This document shows positions 1 to 11,748 of a stretch of DNA of 64,000 nt, one piece after another. A model generated the notes under the pieces. The model had not been told where the DNA came from and did no database searches. It was given only the letters and a program-made list of their open reading frames with translations. This stretch comes from Lingula anatina (lineage: Eukaryota > Animalia > Brachiopoda). Location: positions 29,016,001 through 29,080,000 of the forward strand of contig CM120642.1 of the NCBI GenBank assembly GCA_051362555.1. Direction: 5' to 3'. The position numbers and the translations under genes are program-made. How positions within the stretch are numbered: position 1 is the first letter of the stretch; the number at the start of each line of letters is the position of its first letter.

Positions 1-689
1 ATCGGGCTGCTGAGTTGAGGCGACAACATTTGAATCTCAAAGTTGCACAAATGCTTCTTACCGTCTCAAACATACTAGTAAACACAGGGAACATTAATGT
101 TTTAGTATGCATCGTTCTCCTGTAGTACTGTGAAAAACGCTATATCCCCTTCTTTTGGTGTTAGGGAACGGATGAGCCTAAAAAACTAACGACTTAATAG
201 AAATGTGTATACTGCTCTTTTTCCACTAGGAATGTGCTGCACTTCTTGTGTAACGTTTTTTCTTTATCGCTCGCGCTTGAAGGTGCCCGCCCTTTCAATT
301 TTTCGCTTGGTACTAACCGTCTATTTTAGGTAGTAGGGGTAGTAGGGGTCCCTGAAAGATATTTGATACATAGTTTTAGTTTGATTGATGTGATTATTAA
401 GAGAATACGATAGGCGCTCATTTGCCTTTAACCCTACATAAAAATGTTAACTGATAACAAACGTGAGCTTTCTTTTCTCGCGCATCTTTGAAAGGGTACA
501 ATTCTTAGTTCGAGTAAAATTCACTTTTTCTTCTTAACTATTAAAGTATTTTCGAGGGAAATGAAATCATTTTAATAATATTAGAGATTCGAATACGATA
601 GACATTTGTAAACTACTGGTAGTTAAAAAAATTAAGCAAAGTAAATGAGCAGACAAGTGTTAAAATAGATAAACAAACTTAAAAATTAA

Positions 690-1208
690 TTAAGAAATGA
701 AATAATTGACGCTTGAAAAAAAACTCCACCTACCAGGGTTTTGCCCATATATGCTGCTGCAGTATTCGGGATAGTAGTAGCAGTATTGGCTGTTAGGTGG
801 ATACCCCGGATACGACGGATAGCCGGGGTAAGACGGATACCCTGGGTAACTGTGATGGCCACCAGTAGGTGGATACGACGGATATGTTGGATATCCAGGA
901 TAGTAACCAGGGTAACCATGGTTAGTATTTTGCCCGGGGTAATACGGGTATCCGGCGTAGGATGGATAACCACTGTAGCCTGGGTAACCGAAATGGCTTC
1001 CTCCGCCGTAGTACTGTGGTGCACCATAGTTCAAGCCATAGGGCTGACCGTAGTTCAAGCCATAGGGCTGACCGTAGTTCAAGCCATAGGGCTGACCGTA
1101 GTAGCCGCCGGCGTAGTACTGGGGCATTTGCTGACCACGCACGCCGGTGTTCACTGAAACCAAGAGGACCGCGATGACTGCGGCACACACGCCTCTGAAA
1201 GCCTGCAT
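690..1208 (-). CDS. GY1: secreted Gly/Tyr/Pro-rich low-complexity protein (172 aa, single exon; prisilkin/shematrin-like composition)
   Basis: ATG in caccATG context; hydrophobic signal peptide (MQAFRGVCAAVIAVLLVSVNTGVRG); YGQPYGLN x3 and YPGYPS repeats; C-terminal YCYYYPEYC; TATA box about 60 bp upstream. Confidence 0.85.
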   Translation of the reverse strand: MQAFRGVCAAVIAVLLVSVNTGVRGQQMPQYYAGGYYGQPYGLNYGQPYGLNYGQPYGLNYGAPQYYGGGSHFGYPGYSGYPSYAGYPYYPGQNTNHGYPGYYPGYPTYPSYPPTGGHHSYPGYPSYPGYPSYPGYPPNSQYCYYYPEYCSSIYGQNPGRWSFFSSVNYFIS

Positions 1209-1266
1209 GGTGATCTGGTAGCTGACAACTCACCCTATTTTACTGTTTACTGTCAAGTTGAACTTC

Positions 1267-1274
1267 TTTATATA
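1267..1274 (-). promoter_or_regulatory. TATA box (TATATAAA) of GY1
   Basis: Plus-strand tttatata, about 60 bp upstream of the ATG at 1208. Confidence 0.6.
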
Positions 1275-2374
1275 GGTATATGTTTGTCTAATCACTTTGG
1301 TATCTGAAACTAAAGAGGAGTGGGGGCACGGTTTAAATATGTCATCTAGCTAATTAAGTCGTTTAATTGACAAACTAAATACCGTTGTACGCTACTTAGG
1401 GTCGTAGGTCCGAATATCGCGACCAAGAGGCGTGGACAGGTGTAACCGCAACAGTGATTTTATGGTTCAGGGACAAGTTCTAGCAGGCATAAACAGCAGT
1501 ATCACAGACCTGGATCTTTTCAAAGTATGCAGCATTTACCGTTGACACTACAAGGACAGGTGTCAAAACCAAGAGAACCACATCATTTCAGAGAGTAGAT
1601 ACAGTAGTGTCCGTACCAGCGGTCACTTATTGACGCCGTAAAAATACATGGAATAAGTACGTCGTCAGGATTAGGAAATGCTTCACGTTGTCGACGGAAT
1701 GTTTGTGCATGCGTAATAAGAGTTGTGAAAGCCAAGCTATATTTGAGGTCTGAACGTCTGTTTAAGACACGAGTATTTTATTTATATATTACGTGCAATT
1801 ACGACTGCTAGATAGAAGGGGGAAGGGAGGTCACTTACCTGAAAACAAGGCCAAACTAGTTAATTTTATAATGCCCACCTTTTGGTTCTGTGTTCGTGCT
1901 GGTACGGTCACGGTATTGACGGCGATGCTAAAGACTGATATATTTGTAATTGTTTATCTGTGTACTGGGTGGGGTAAAACAACGGTCATTAGTTCGACTA
2001 GAGGCACGAGGAGATTAGTGAAGGACTTCTAAATATGCAAAGAATAGTTATTAAAAAGTTTTACTTTAAACACTAAAAAAATGAGGTTAGTATTAAGATG
2101 CTTTTGGAGAAACACCACCACCCCCACCACCTGGGATCCATCAAACTAGCCATAACGAAAGAAATAGTGAATAGCTTGCAAATTATCTATATTATTATCG
2201 AGAGAATTTATGTGGTAATCTTGCAAAGTTATTTGACATTGGATATCATTACAATTAATCGCACACCTCGTGCAAGTGCAAACCATATAAATCATTTTTC
2301 AGGGTAAAGAACACATGACACAAGCCTATACGTTTGATACATCCCTTCGTATATTCCACATAAGGTGTTAGAGA

Positions 2375-2542
2375 CAGGGGCGGATTCAGAGTTATTTCCT
2401 GACAGTCTTCCAAATTATCTTTGTTGATCCGTTCTTCATTTTTGACCGTCTTCCGACAGAAAAAATTAGATACCCGCCAATGTAAACTTGAAAATCTGAC
2501 CGTCTTCTGGAAGACCCAGAAGACGCCCTAAATCCGCCCCTG
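2375..2542. mobile_element. Non-autonomous DNA transposon (MITE) with CAGGGGCGGAT termini, hAT-like
   Basis: TIRs caggggcggatt ... aatccgcccctg; 5-bp flanking duplication agaga; related copies at 37257-37405 and 61185-61343. Confidence 0.75.
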
Positions 2543-2605
2543 AGAGACTACAACAGTGTCATGGGTTGTTTTCATAATGACAGTATATTATTGCCGTGCA
2601 TCTAC

Positions 2606-2844
2606 GGACTCATTCCCAATGAAACTTTCGTTCTACGTGGATCGATCTAACTCCGCTAGGAACCTCGCATACTGCGGTGAATTAAGCAGATTAACACGCC
2701 TCCTCCTGGGGTCAAGTAGAATACATAAAAACTGGTGATTGTGAGAGGAATTTGGAAACAAGAAGAGGCATGTTAATCTCTTAAACTGATTGCATTTTGT
2801 GAGATCGATCTTCGTAAAACGATGATTTCATGGGGAACAAGCCC
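2606..2844. mobile_element. Foldback MITE (long imperfect inverted repeats), same family as 9066-9321
   Basis: Shares agattaacacgcctcctcctg ... ttggaaacaaga(a/g)gaggc core with 9066-9321; ends related to cattccca / tgggaa. Confidence 0.65.
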
Positions 2845-4327
2845 TAAGGCACTTATCTTAATGAACGTGTCAGGTGCGGATTTAAGTTTGGCAGTGTGCC
2901 ACGTGCCTCCCCCAGGCTTCGAAGAATTTGACCCCCCCCCCCCCCATAAAAATGTATAACGAGCGACAAGAGAATAAGTCAAGAATATTTCCCTCCCTAT
3001 GCCATGTGTTACATGATATAATTTCTCTTGTTTTTTATTCTATACTTCTTTGGCAAAATCATGGATCCGACACAGAATGTATTGGCATGTTAGCTATTGG
3101 GATTTTGATTCCTGCTCAGATGTACGCGTAACTGCATCATTCATTGTCATGTCATTTATGTCTGTTTTGATATACAATTTATAAATGCTAATCGTTTTCT
3201 TTTTTATAACTGTTAAATTTGTATCCATAAACGAGCGAAGATATACTCATAATACTGTAGTTTTAGGATAAGAATTTTTGTAAAAATGTCATATCTAAAA
3301 ATTATATTTGTGACCGATTCTCAGTAAGAGTTGTTATTTGACCTACACACATGGTGCATCTCTACTATAATAATAACAGTAATATAATTGTGTGCATCTT
3401 TTTTTCGAATTGCTTTCCGTCAGGAATATCTGCGTTGTGTCATTCAAACAGAGGAAAAACGCTTGAACCGCGTCTTTTTTCTTTTTTGTTTCCACATCTA
3501 TCTTTAAATATGCAATAGAAACGATAATTAATATCGATTTTCTATTGGGTTGCCTCATTCAATGGGACTGAAATGCTTGCACGTTGCCGAGTTGTTTACC
3601 TAAGATTCGAAAACATTGCCAAACATTGCAATACTTTGCAAAAGCAAAAGGCAGTAGCTTTGTCATATTTTGGCCACACATATATATAAAAAACAAAACA
3701 ACATTTTCTGTACACTTCCGTTACTTTATTCATTCCGTTTTTGTATTCTCAAAGCAACGAAAACACACAGCTGTATTAGGAACGGTCAATGTCCGACCAA
3801 AGTCACCTAAATAACTGCCTTTTACAAATGTCATCAGGGAGTCGCCTGGAGGATCCAGTGTTCATCGTTCTTGAATTTCATCTTGAAAAACTGGCGACAT
3901 GTTCAGCAGACACTTAAGTCATCGTTTTTTTAAACCAGATGATATTGGAGGCAGCAATGGTAGAAACCACGAAGAAGTTGTCTCTCACGTCTTGTTTTTT
4001 TTTTATCAACCTGATAAACTGAAAATAAAGACGAGGAACTGAATGCAAAATAGTATATAACATGTTTTATCAAAATATATTGTATGTATGCATGTTTGAG
4101 CAAAAATTGACAGCGAATTCATATGTTTTAAAAACTAGAAAAGAAGACAAATCAGATGAGAGAAAATTACCGATTCTCCATGTAACATGTTAGGAAAATA
4201 CTGTGATAGTATAAAATATCTACATGTATTAGGAGTAAAAGGAGCTCTGATTGACTTAAACAATACTTTTCTTCAAGTACCCGGAGAGAACTGATAGAAA
4301 AGTTACGAAACACACTCACGTTGAAGA

Positions 4328-4651
4328 TTAATAATAATACATAGGTTTGCCGTAGTAACCACCATAACCGCCGTAACCACCATATCCACCGTAACCAAGA
4401 CCGCCGTATCCCCCGTATCCACCATATCCAACACCGCCATATCCACCATATCCATATCCATAGCCGGGGTACCCATACCCTCCATACCCTCCATAGCCGC
4501 CGTAACTGCCGTAGCCGCCGTAGCCGCCGTAGCCACCATGGCCGTAAGGATAGTAGTGGCTATGTGAACCATAAGGCGTTCCGACCCCATAGGTGGCATA
4601 AGCAGCGCTAGCCATCAGGGCCAGAAGAGCAACGGCACAAAGAAACTTCAT
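4328..4651 (-). CDS. GY2: secreted GGY-repeat protein (107 aa, single exon)
   Basis: Signal peptide MKFLCAVALLALMASAAYA, short His/Tyr segment, then (GGY)n; ends GKPMYYY; TATA box upstream. Confidence 0.9.
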   Translation of the reverse strand: MKFLCAVALLALMASAAYATYGVGTPYGSHSHYYPYGHGGYGGYGGYGSYGGYGGYGGYGYPGYGYGYGGYGGVGYGGYGGYGGLGYGGYGGYGGYGGYYGKPMYYY

Positions 4652-4697
4652 GATGATGACGGTCTGGGTTATGATTTTACCCTGTCCACTCGCCAGT

Positions 4698-4704
4698 ATT
4701 TATA
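4698..4704 (-). promoter_or_regulatory. TATA box (TATAAAT) of GY2
   Basis: Plus-strand atttata, about 50 bp upstream of the ATG at 4651. Confidence 0.6.
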
Positions 4705-5749
4705 CAGCGACGCCGGCAACGCCACCGTACACGGAGGGGAAAGAAACCCGATGACTAATAACGGACGTTCCATCACTCCTTTTTTGATTCACTGACCAAA
4801 ATTACCAATTTAAGGTGCTGTCAAGTATATGATAAGTGTGTGTTTGCGAAGATACAATCACCCTTCACACGAACCTGCTTGCAATTTACGAAGTATCTTA
4901 AAACGCATCTCCGTTAAACATCTGTTTTAAATGCCTAAAATGAAGCAAGTGCGCCCCGTGTTTGTCCCGGGTTAGATACTAATGCCCAGCCTTGCGTTAA
5001 AGCGCCTCTCAGAAGCAAACAGAAGTGACTCTAACAACCAGGTACCAAATTATAACCGTTATCAAGCGACCCCGGCACTTGTAATGAAAGCATTTGACAC
5101 TGTGGTATTTCCCGCCCTGAACTCAAGGACAATTTAATATTAAAAATGCATCAGAGATATAGGTAACATGGGATCTAATCTAAGGTGCTGGAAAGATTGC
5201 GGTTTCCTAACAACATACAAAGATACTTATACAACCAAACATTGACCTATGTGTGTTGAATGTCCACTTTATCTTTTTATTGATTTTTTTCGATTGAATT
5301 CCTGATATTGGTAATGCGTTTTTGTTTGTGAAAATGAACCTTTCTCAGATTGTTCACGGATACAAATTCAGAACTATCTACATACAGATATTTTTTATAT
5401 TGCAATCTTTTTGGATGTGATAACTTTTATCATATTTGTTTACGGGTATACATTATTAACAGCGGCAAGATTCTGCTTTTTTAAGGAAAGAACACAGGTC
5501 AGGTGAGAAGCAAAAAAAAAACAAAACAAAAAAAAAAACTATTAACAAACTCTGTTTTTAGAATAATTCGATCTTTTATTGTAACATCAGCACTTAATAT
5601 GAACGTCCAGAAATAATTGACCTTCGGTATGAATGGCAATAGCATGTCTACGCAGAATCCATCATATATCATACCTTTGATGTTGATTATGGACGATCAC
5701 ATATTCCCAATATTCTCAAAATTCACAATCAACATAGCAACCGTCGGCC

Positions 5750-7194
5750 TTAATAAAAAGCCCCATAGCCGCCGTAGCCGCCTAAACCGTGAACAGAGCC
5801 TCTGTATCCGCCGCCATATCCACCATATCCGGCATATCCACCGTCGGAACCGCCTATACCACCATAAAAACCACCAGGGCCGTAAAAAGAATCATCGTAT
5901 CCGCCGCCAAACCCAGCGTTGTATCCACCAATATCACCGTAAAAACCACCAGGGCCGTAAAAGGAATCATCGTATCCGCCGCCATATCCGCTGTAGCGAC
6001 CATACCTAGCAATAGCAGGGAAGAGGATTTTACTGAAAAATACACGAATCATTCTAATCTAATTTCAACTCCATTTAAAATTGTGTTTTTTCATTTGTTC
6101 ACTATGCGTGTTATACTCATGTGTCCTTGAAGGTGGATTTTTTGTACCTTGTCTACACCTGGCTGTAGCTTATTGACAATTTTAGGGACCATTCCCAGAC
6201 CTTATCGTACTAACTGCGGATCGATCTATCTCCAAGGGGAATCTCGCTAAATTGCAATTAACTTAAGCGGTTTAGATGTCTGTCACGCCTACTGAAGCTG
6301 ATAGGGGGTAAATAACTATCGTTTAGCAGCTTAAGCAGGCGTGCCAGACATCTAAGCCACTTAAAAGCTAAAAGCAATTTACCGAGAAACCCCTTGGAGA
6401 TGGATCAATCCTGTTAGATCGATCTAGGTCTTTGTGTACCAGATGTGAACTTACCCGCCACCCGCCACGATGTTTCCATACAGACCAGCCCCTCCAATTC
6501 TGCCCCCATACAAGTATGGGTAGCCAACTGATCCTGAAACCGCAGAATATTGTATATTACTTACACATAAGTCTGCTAGTAAAATATATGGAGCAAAGAA
6601 ATGGCTAATTATTGGAAAAACTGTTAATGGTTGGTGCATTAGAAGTATGGATGAAGTCATCGAAAACTGAGATATCCACATTTTATTTTCAAATAAAACA
6701 TTAAAACAAACCATTTAATTACAGTTAAAGGAATATACTACGAGGTGGTTGGATGTCACCTTTATTTGGAGATTTTACATATAATGATAATAAATGCCAG
6801 AAGGATTATTGTAGGCACATAATACAATGGCAATGTCACATTATTCGCTTTATGGCACAGAACACACATGGCTGCGCTTTACATACATGGAGTGAAAATA
6901 CGACAGTGACGGAATCTAAATCCACAGGTGAAACGTATGGATGCGAAATTTAAAATCATAAAAATATCATAAAAAATCATAGAAATATGTATATGAAACA
7001 TGAGTCGTCAACAATAATTATAAATTTTCAAAATATATGATTTTATGAGTTATTAGCCAGTTATGTTTATAGTGACATGCAGGAAGGTGAATTTGGGATA
7101 CGGGTTGCCATGGCAACATCTGCTTACCTGGCTCAGCCAGACACGCTACCATCAAAGCTGCCAAGAGGCACAATACCTTCACCAGGGCTGCCAT
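5750..7194 (-). CDS. GY3: secreted Gly/Tyr-rich protein, 3 coding exons (7194-7128, 6533-6455, 6005-5750), 133 aa
   Basis: Exon A MAALVKVLCLLAALMVACLAEP then gtaag (phase 1); exon B after cag, GSVGYPYLYGGRIGGAGLYGNIVAGG then gtaag (phase 2); exon C after tag, GYGRYSG...GAFY*. 67+79+256=402 nt in frame; internal 25-aa (75-bp) duplication GGGYDDSFYGPGGFYG. Confidence 0.85.
6185..6431. mobile_element. Foldback MITE in a GY3 intron
   Basis: Long imperfect inverted arms (atctccaagggga..tagatgtctgtcacgcct versus aggcgtgccagacatcta..ccccttggagat); left end gggaccattccca resembles the 2606 and 9066 elements. Confidence 0.7.
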
Positions 7195-7701
7195 TGCTTC
7201 ACTTAGAATTCACGTAAAGAGAATGAAAATGATCCGTTGCAGCATAATTAAGCATAATTAATAATTAATACTTCGAATAAACCGTTGCAGCATAATTAAT
7301 ACTTAGAATAAATCGAATACACAATGTATGCGATTCCCAACAATTGAGGTATCAGTCACTTAATTAGGGGACGCATACAGGGGAATCTTTAGAACTTGTT
7401 AATCCAGTCTGATTGATTTCAATACAGTTTCTTAAAAAGTGAAAATGAATTTGTAATACGAGCGAGTAAGTAAGTGATGTCTTAACACTCTGTCCTGAAA
7501 ATCTAGACCATTTGGACGGTGCATCTGCAGCGACAACTTCCCGTTACAACTTTAACTTCTACATGTACATTCTGGTTCAGATTTCATTTAACACAGTCAT
7601 GTGGGGATTGACTGATTATTCATATATTTGGGCAAAGGTTAAAGGCTATATGATATTTACTAAGCTATAGACATTGATTCTCTTTAGAAAAGCGAGCCTA
7701 C

Positions 7702-7799
7702 CTGTAAGTGGTCGGTGCAATGAAAGACCACCTGCCTTTCTGACGGGTGGCGAGATTGAAGACTAGCGGGCAAAGCCATATGTGATTTTTACTTATATA
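7702..7799 (-). promoter_or_regulatory. Putative TATA box and non-coding first exon of GY3
   Basis: TATATAAG at 7799-7792, Inr-like CTAGTC near 7764, donor CAG/gtaggc at 7702/7701. Confidence 0.5.
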
Positions 7800-8476
7800 T
7801 CTCCTAAGCAGCAATTGAACGGAGGCCATAGTTTAATTTTCTAAATCGGTTTACTATATTTATGTAAATATATTGTCCATATCCCCTCGTCTGTGTATAA
7901 TTAAAAGACTCCACGCGCCGTTTTAGACAATAAAGTCTTGATAACTGATCTCGACCCACACGGGATGGCATGCCTCTTTGATACTTTACCCCACAATTTT
8001 GTTAACCCTTATTTTACTGATCTTAATCAACTATTTTGGAAGGTTATCATTTAAAAATACGCCACAGTTTAAGTATAAGGTTCATGCAGGTAAACAAATA
8101 TCTCATCGAGGAAATTATATAAAAGTCACAAAGAAACGCAGATAGGTGCTTTATTAATCTTCAGTTATCGCATAACTATAAACGCCTTTACCAACAATTG
8201 CATAAAAACAATTATCTCGACAGAATGCAAAATTAAGAACAAACTTAGAAGAAAAATAATTGAAAACAAAAATCTACTCAAAAATTTTCAAGTCAGGTTT
8301 CATTTTTGTGGGTACATATCGAAACATGTATGTGAACTCAAAATTTTCCGACATCTTAAAGTCACTTTCAGAATTTCCGTGAAGCATTTCCTGGCGTCAT
8401 GGCAAAATAATTAAGCGTGAAAATGGCAGTGTGAAGAACTGTCGTCTGAAGTAATCTAAGCATTGATCCTGAAGAT

Positions 8477-9457
8477 CTATCCGTAGTAGTGTCCGTAAGG
8501 ATTATACCCTCCTTTAGTCGGGTACGTGTAGTAGGAGGGGTAGTGCCTGTAGCTGTAGGAAGGGTATGAGTTGTAGTAACCCCCTTTGTAACCCCCGCCG
8601 TAACCGCCGCCGTAACCCCCGCCGTAACCGTAGTGTGGGTAGTAACCTTTGTATGGCGAGTAGTAGCTACCGTAACTTCCGTGACCGCCATACCCACTGT
8701 AACCGCCGCCATACCCACTGTAACCGCCATAACTGCCGTAGCCTGATGTACAAAAATATGTCGAATTAAAGCAAAAAACCATATAGTCCAACAGGCAGCA
8801 TTTATTTCAATTGCTACTGTACATGTGTATAATTATTTTCAGTTATTCTTTATTTATTGAAAATAAAATGTTATTTAAGAAAGGGATTATTATGCCGTTA
8901 TTTTCTATCAAAACAATCCTATCAGTTATATGGTTATCGCGCATGGTGCAAACGTGAAAATAAAGAAATTAACTCATTTGTTCTAATACAACAGCTTGCA
9001 TTACTACACAAGCATCATGACTGACTTGACAAACCAAGCTTTGAGAAATAACAAGGTGACAAAAAGGCCCCATTCCAATAGACACCATCGGTCTATCTAG
9101 ATCGATCCAACTTTGCGAGGACTGTCGCTGAATGCAATCAGTTTAACAGATTAACACGCCTCCTCCTGACGTAAAGTAGAATGCAGAGAGGCTGGTGATT
9201 ATACGCTTACGTTGGAAACAAGAGGAGGCGTGTCATTCAGTTAAGCTGATTACACTCAGCGAGAGTCCCCCCAGAGTTGGCTCCATCTACGTTGGCCTGT
9301 GGTGTTGATGGGAATGAGGTCTAAGCAAGCTGCCAGCGTTCCTACCTATCCTGCCGTACATGTAAGGGTAGTTAATAGTTCCTGGCTCTCCATTACCCCA
9401 GGTCACTAGGGTCAGCAAGGCAACGCCCACAAATACCGCTCTGGCCGGACTAGACAT
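8477..9457 (-). CDS. GY4: secreted Gly/Tyr-rich protein, 2 coding exons (9457-9346, 8742-8477), 125 aa
   Basis: Exon A MSSPARAVFVGVALLTLVTWGNGEPGTINYPYMYGRI then gtagg (phase 1); exon B after cag, GYGSYGGYSG...YGHYYG*. 112+266=378 nt in frame. Confidence 0.85.
9066..9321. mobile_element. Foldback MITE in the GY4 coding intron
   Basis: Ends ggccccattccaatagacacc and ggtgttgatgggaatgaggtc are inverted; arms pair over about 100 bp; homologous to 2606-2844. Confidence 0.75.
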
Positions 9458-9641
9458 TGGAGGCAGCTGGAATTGAACACACAGTTCGTGTTAAGAGATC
9501 GTTTACAATCATCATACAAAACAAGGAATTATTTTGAAGAAATCTTTATTTTAATTGTCCTACTATTCGTCTTTTTGTGTTATACCCTATTTCTCGCTGG
9601 AAAACAAGGGCTCAATATCATTACGCTAAAATGAAATAAGG

Positions 9642-9885
9642 CGGTGGCGGATTTAGGGGGGGTCAGAGGGGGTCCTGACCCCCTTCGGTTTCCGGAAAAA
9701 TGGTCCCCTCTTAAAATTCTAAACCAAATGGCACCCTTCGCCTTCAAAAATACCAAAATTTTGGGGTCCTTTAGCGGGCTCCGAACACCACGCCAAGGGG
9801 GGGGGGGGGGGAGCAGGGGGGGGGCGGTAAGGATCGGCTTCGCATTCGCGGACTCCCCCTTCAAATAATCCTGGATCCGCCCCTG
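9642..9885. mobile_element. MITE with C(A/G)G(G/T)GGCGGAT termini, hAT-like
   Basis: cggtggcggatttagg ... ctggatccgcccctg inverted ends; G/C-run-rich interior. Confidence 0.65.
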
Positions 9886-10169
9886 TAAGCTGTTAAATAA
9901 TTGACATTTTTACTTTATGCAAGGCTGACGTGGCGTTCTAATTTCTGTGGAATGCTACTGATCTATCTTGGGTCTAGCAAGATTGAAAATTTGCTCGTAA
10001 AGACCGACTTTCGATTTTGCCTCGTGAAACCGAGTGTCGTTATCAAAATGGAAACACCCGTTCGAAAATATTTGAGACACTATTTCCCCTGTTGAAAATC
10101 AAACACTAGAAGCTTTTTTCTCCCACAAAACGCCATTTACTCCCACAAAACACTATCCTAAACACATAC

Positions 10170-10234
10170 CTGGTAACTCAAGGCGGAAGGACAGCACAAA
10201 GACTGAAAACCTTAGATGTACGTGACATTTTATA
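10170..10234 (-). promoter_or_regulatory. TATA + Inr core promoter and non-coding first exon of GY4
   Basis: TATAAAA at 10234-10228; Inr TCAGTC with its A at 10204, 30 nt from the first T; donor CAG/gtatgt at 10170/10169; acceptor ttccag at 9467, just before the ATG. Confidence 0.7.
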
Positions 10235-10726
10235 CCAGGACTCAAGAAAGGAAATAATCCGCTGTGATTATCTTATTTGAAGACTCTGTAATTTTGCCTT
10301 AATCCATAAAAAATTGTTTGATAGTATGAGAGAATGATATCTGTAATAAAAATGATAATACGTCTGAAAGTAAGCAGAATGCGGAATTTTGATAATCATT
10401 AATAACCTCAGTTTTTTGGTTGTCATTTTAAATTGAATTATCATTATTTCCTGGCTGTTAAACTCCGGGGCTTGTTTATCTTTCTTAATATACCCTCATT
10501 TTATGTGCTTGATTGTTGCAAACGTAGAATTTACATTGTAATCAAGATATCCCACCTGTCATGCCCGAGTCCATGCTACTATCGAAACAAACAAAAAAAA
10601 AGATAACTAATTTAATTTGTTAACTCCGTAAGTATAGCACTCGTTGATGGCAGTCAGACAGTAATAACAGCGTGATTGCTGACAATGTCCAGATCTCACG
10701 CCGTTCGCGGTGGACAGCAGTGATAA

Positions 10727-11748
10727 GAAGAAAAGAAAATATCACTCAATTTCCTAAACAAATTACCATTTGAACAAATTCATCTTAAAGCATGCAAATG
10801 GGCATTAGGTGTGAAAAGATCTACAAATAATAGTGCAAGTCGAGCAGAATTGGGTAGGTACCCCATATACTGTGATGTTGTTAAACAAACACAAAATTTT
10901 GCAAAAAGACTGGACAATTTACCAGACACGAGAATTGTTAAACAGGTATACAATCAACAGAAAAATGACAAAATATCCGGCTGGTCCTCAGCCACGAAAA
11001 CAATGCTTGAAACTTGGAAAATTACTAACCATTTCGGGAACATGCCACAAACATTTCACGGCTATCCCGATTTAGATCAAGAAATAATAAAGAAAGTTGA
11101 ATGTCTCTTCTGGGAGGAATTACACACTGATAAATTCAGTAAACTAAGAACCTACAAAGCCCTAAAAAACTCGTACAATGGCGAAAAATACCTGCAACTC
11201 AACATTCCAGCCCATTACAAAATAGCAATATCAAAACTCAGGCTTAGTGACCACAATTTACAAATTGAAAGAGGGAGACATACATATCCTAAAACACCAA
11301 TGGAAGAAAGATTTTGTCCACACTGCAAAAATGTTATCGAAGACGAAAAGCATTTTCTCCTGATCTGCACTCAGCATCAACGTGAGCGTAAAAGAATGTT
11401 TGATTCCCTGTCACGATTCTCTGGTCTATCAGGCACTGATGACGATAGCAAAATAATACAGATTCTCAATCCACAGTGTCGTGCAAGTGCATCAGCAGTG
11501 GCCAAGTTTATACAGTCAGTTATGCCTAAGTAGCAAAGGCATATTGTACAAAATACTATATTCAGTATTATTATATTGTGAATGAAGTAGTTAGCTTACA
11601 TGTATTTTGGCAATGGAATGATCTAAAGAAGTCATAATTATGTAAGTGTATACAATTACAATTTATGTAAAACTGTAGTTTAGAGAGCTTGTAAAATGTA
11701 AATGTACACATTTTAATGCTCAATAAAATTATTATTATTATTATTATA
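10727..11748 (+). mobile_element. 5'-truncated non-LTR retrotransposon (LINE, probably RTE-X-like): ORF2 C-terminus plus 3' tail
   Basis: Open frame to 11533 with LGVKRSTNN..RAELGRYP, KLRTYK, KLRLSDHNLQIERGR and the Cys/His motif CPHC..EDEKHFLLIC typical of LINE ORF2 ends; AATAAA then (ATT)n tail at about 11722-11748. Confidence 0.85.

Noticed and set aside
741-1157. Antisense and alternative-frame ORFs over the GY genes (also 4303-4599, 5617-6130, 8368-8769, 15516-16037)
   Set aside because: Shadows of repetitive Gly/Tyr codons; no independent promoter or splice support.
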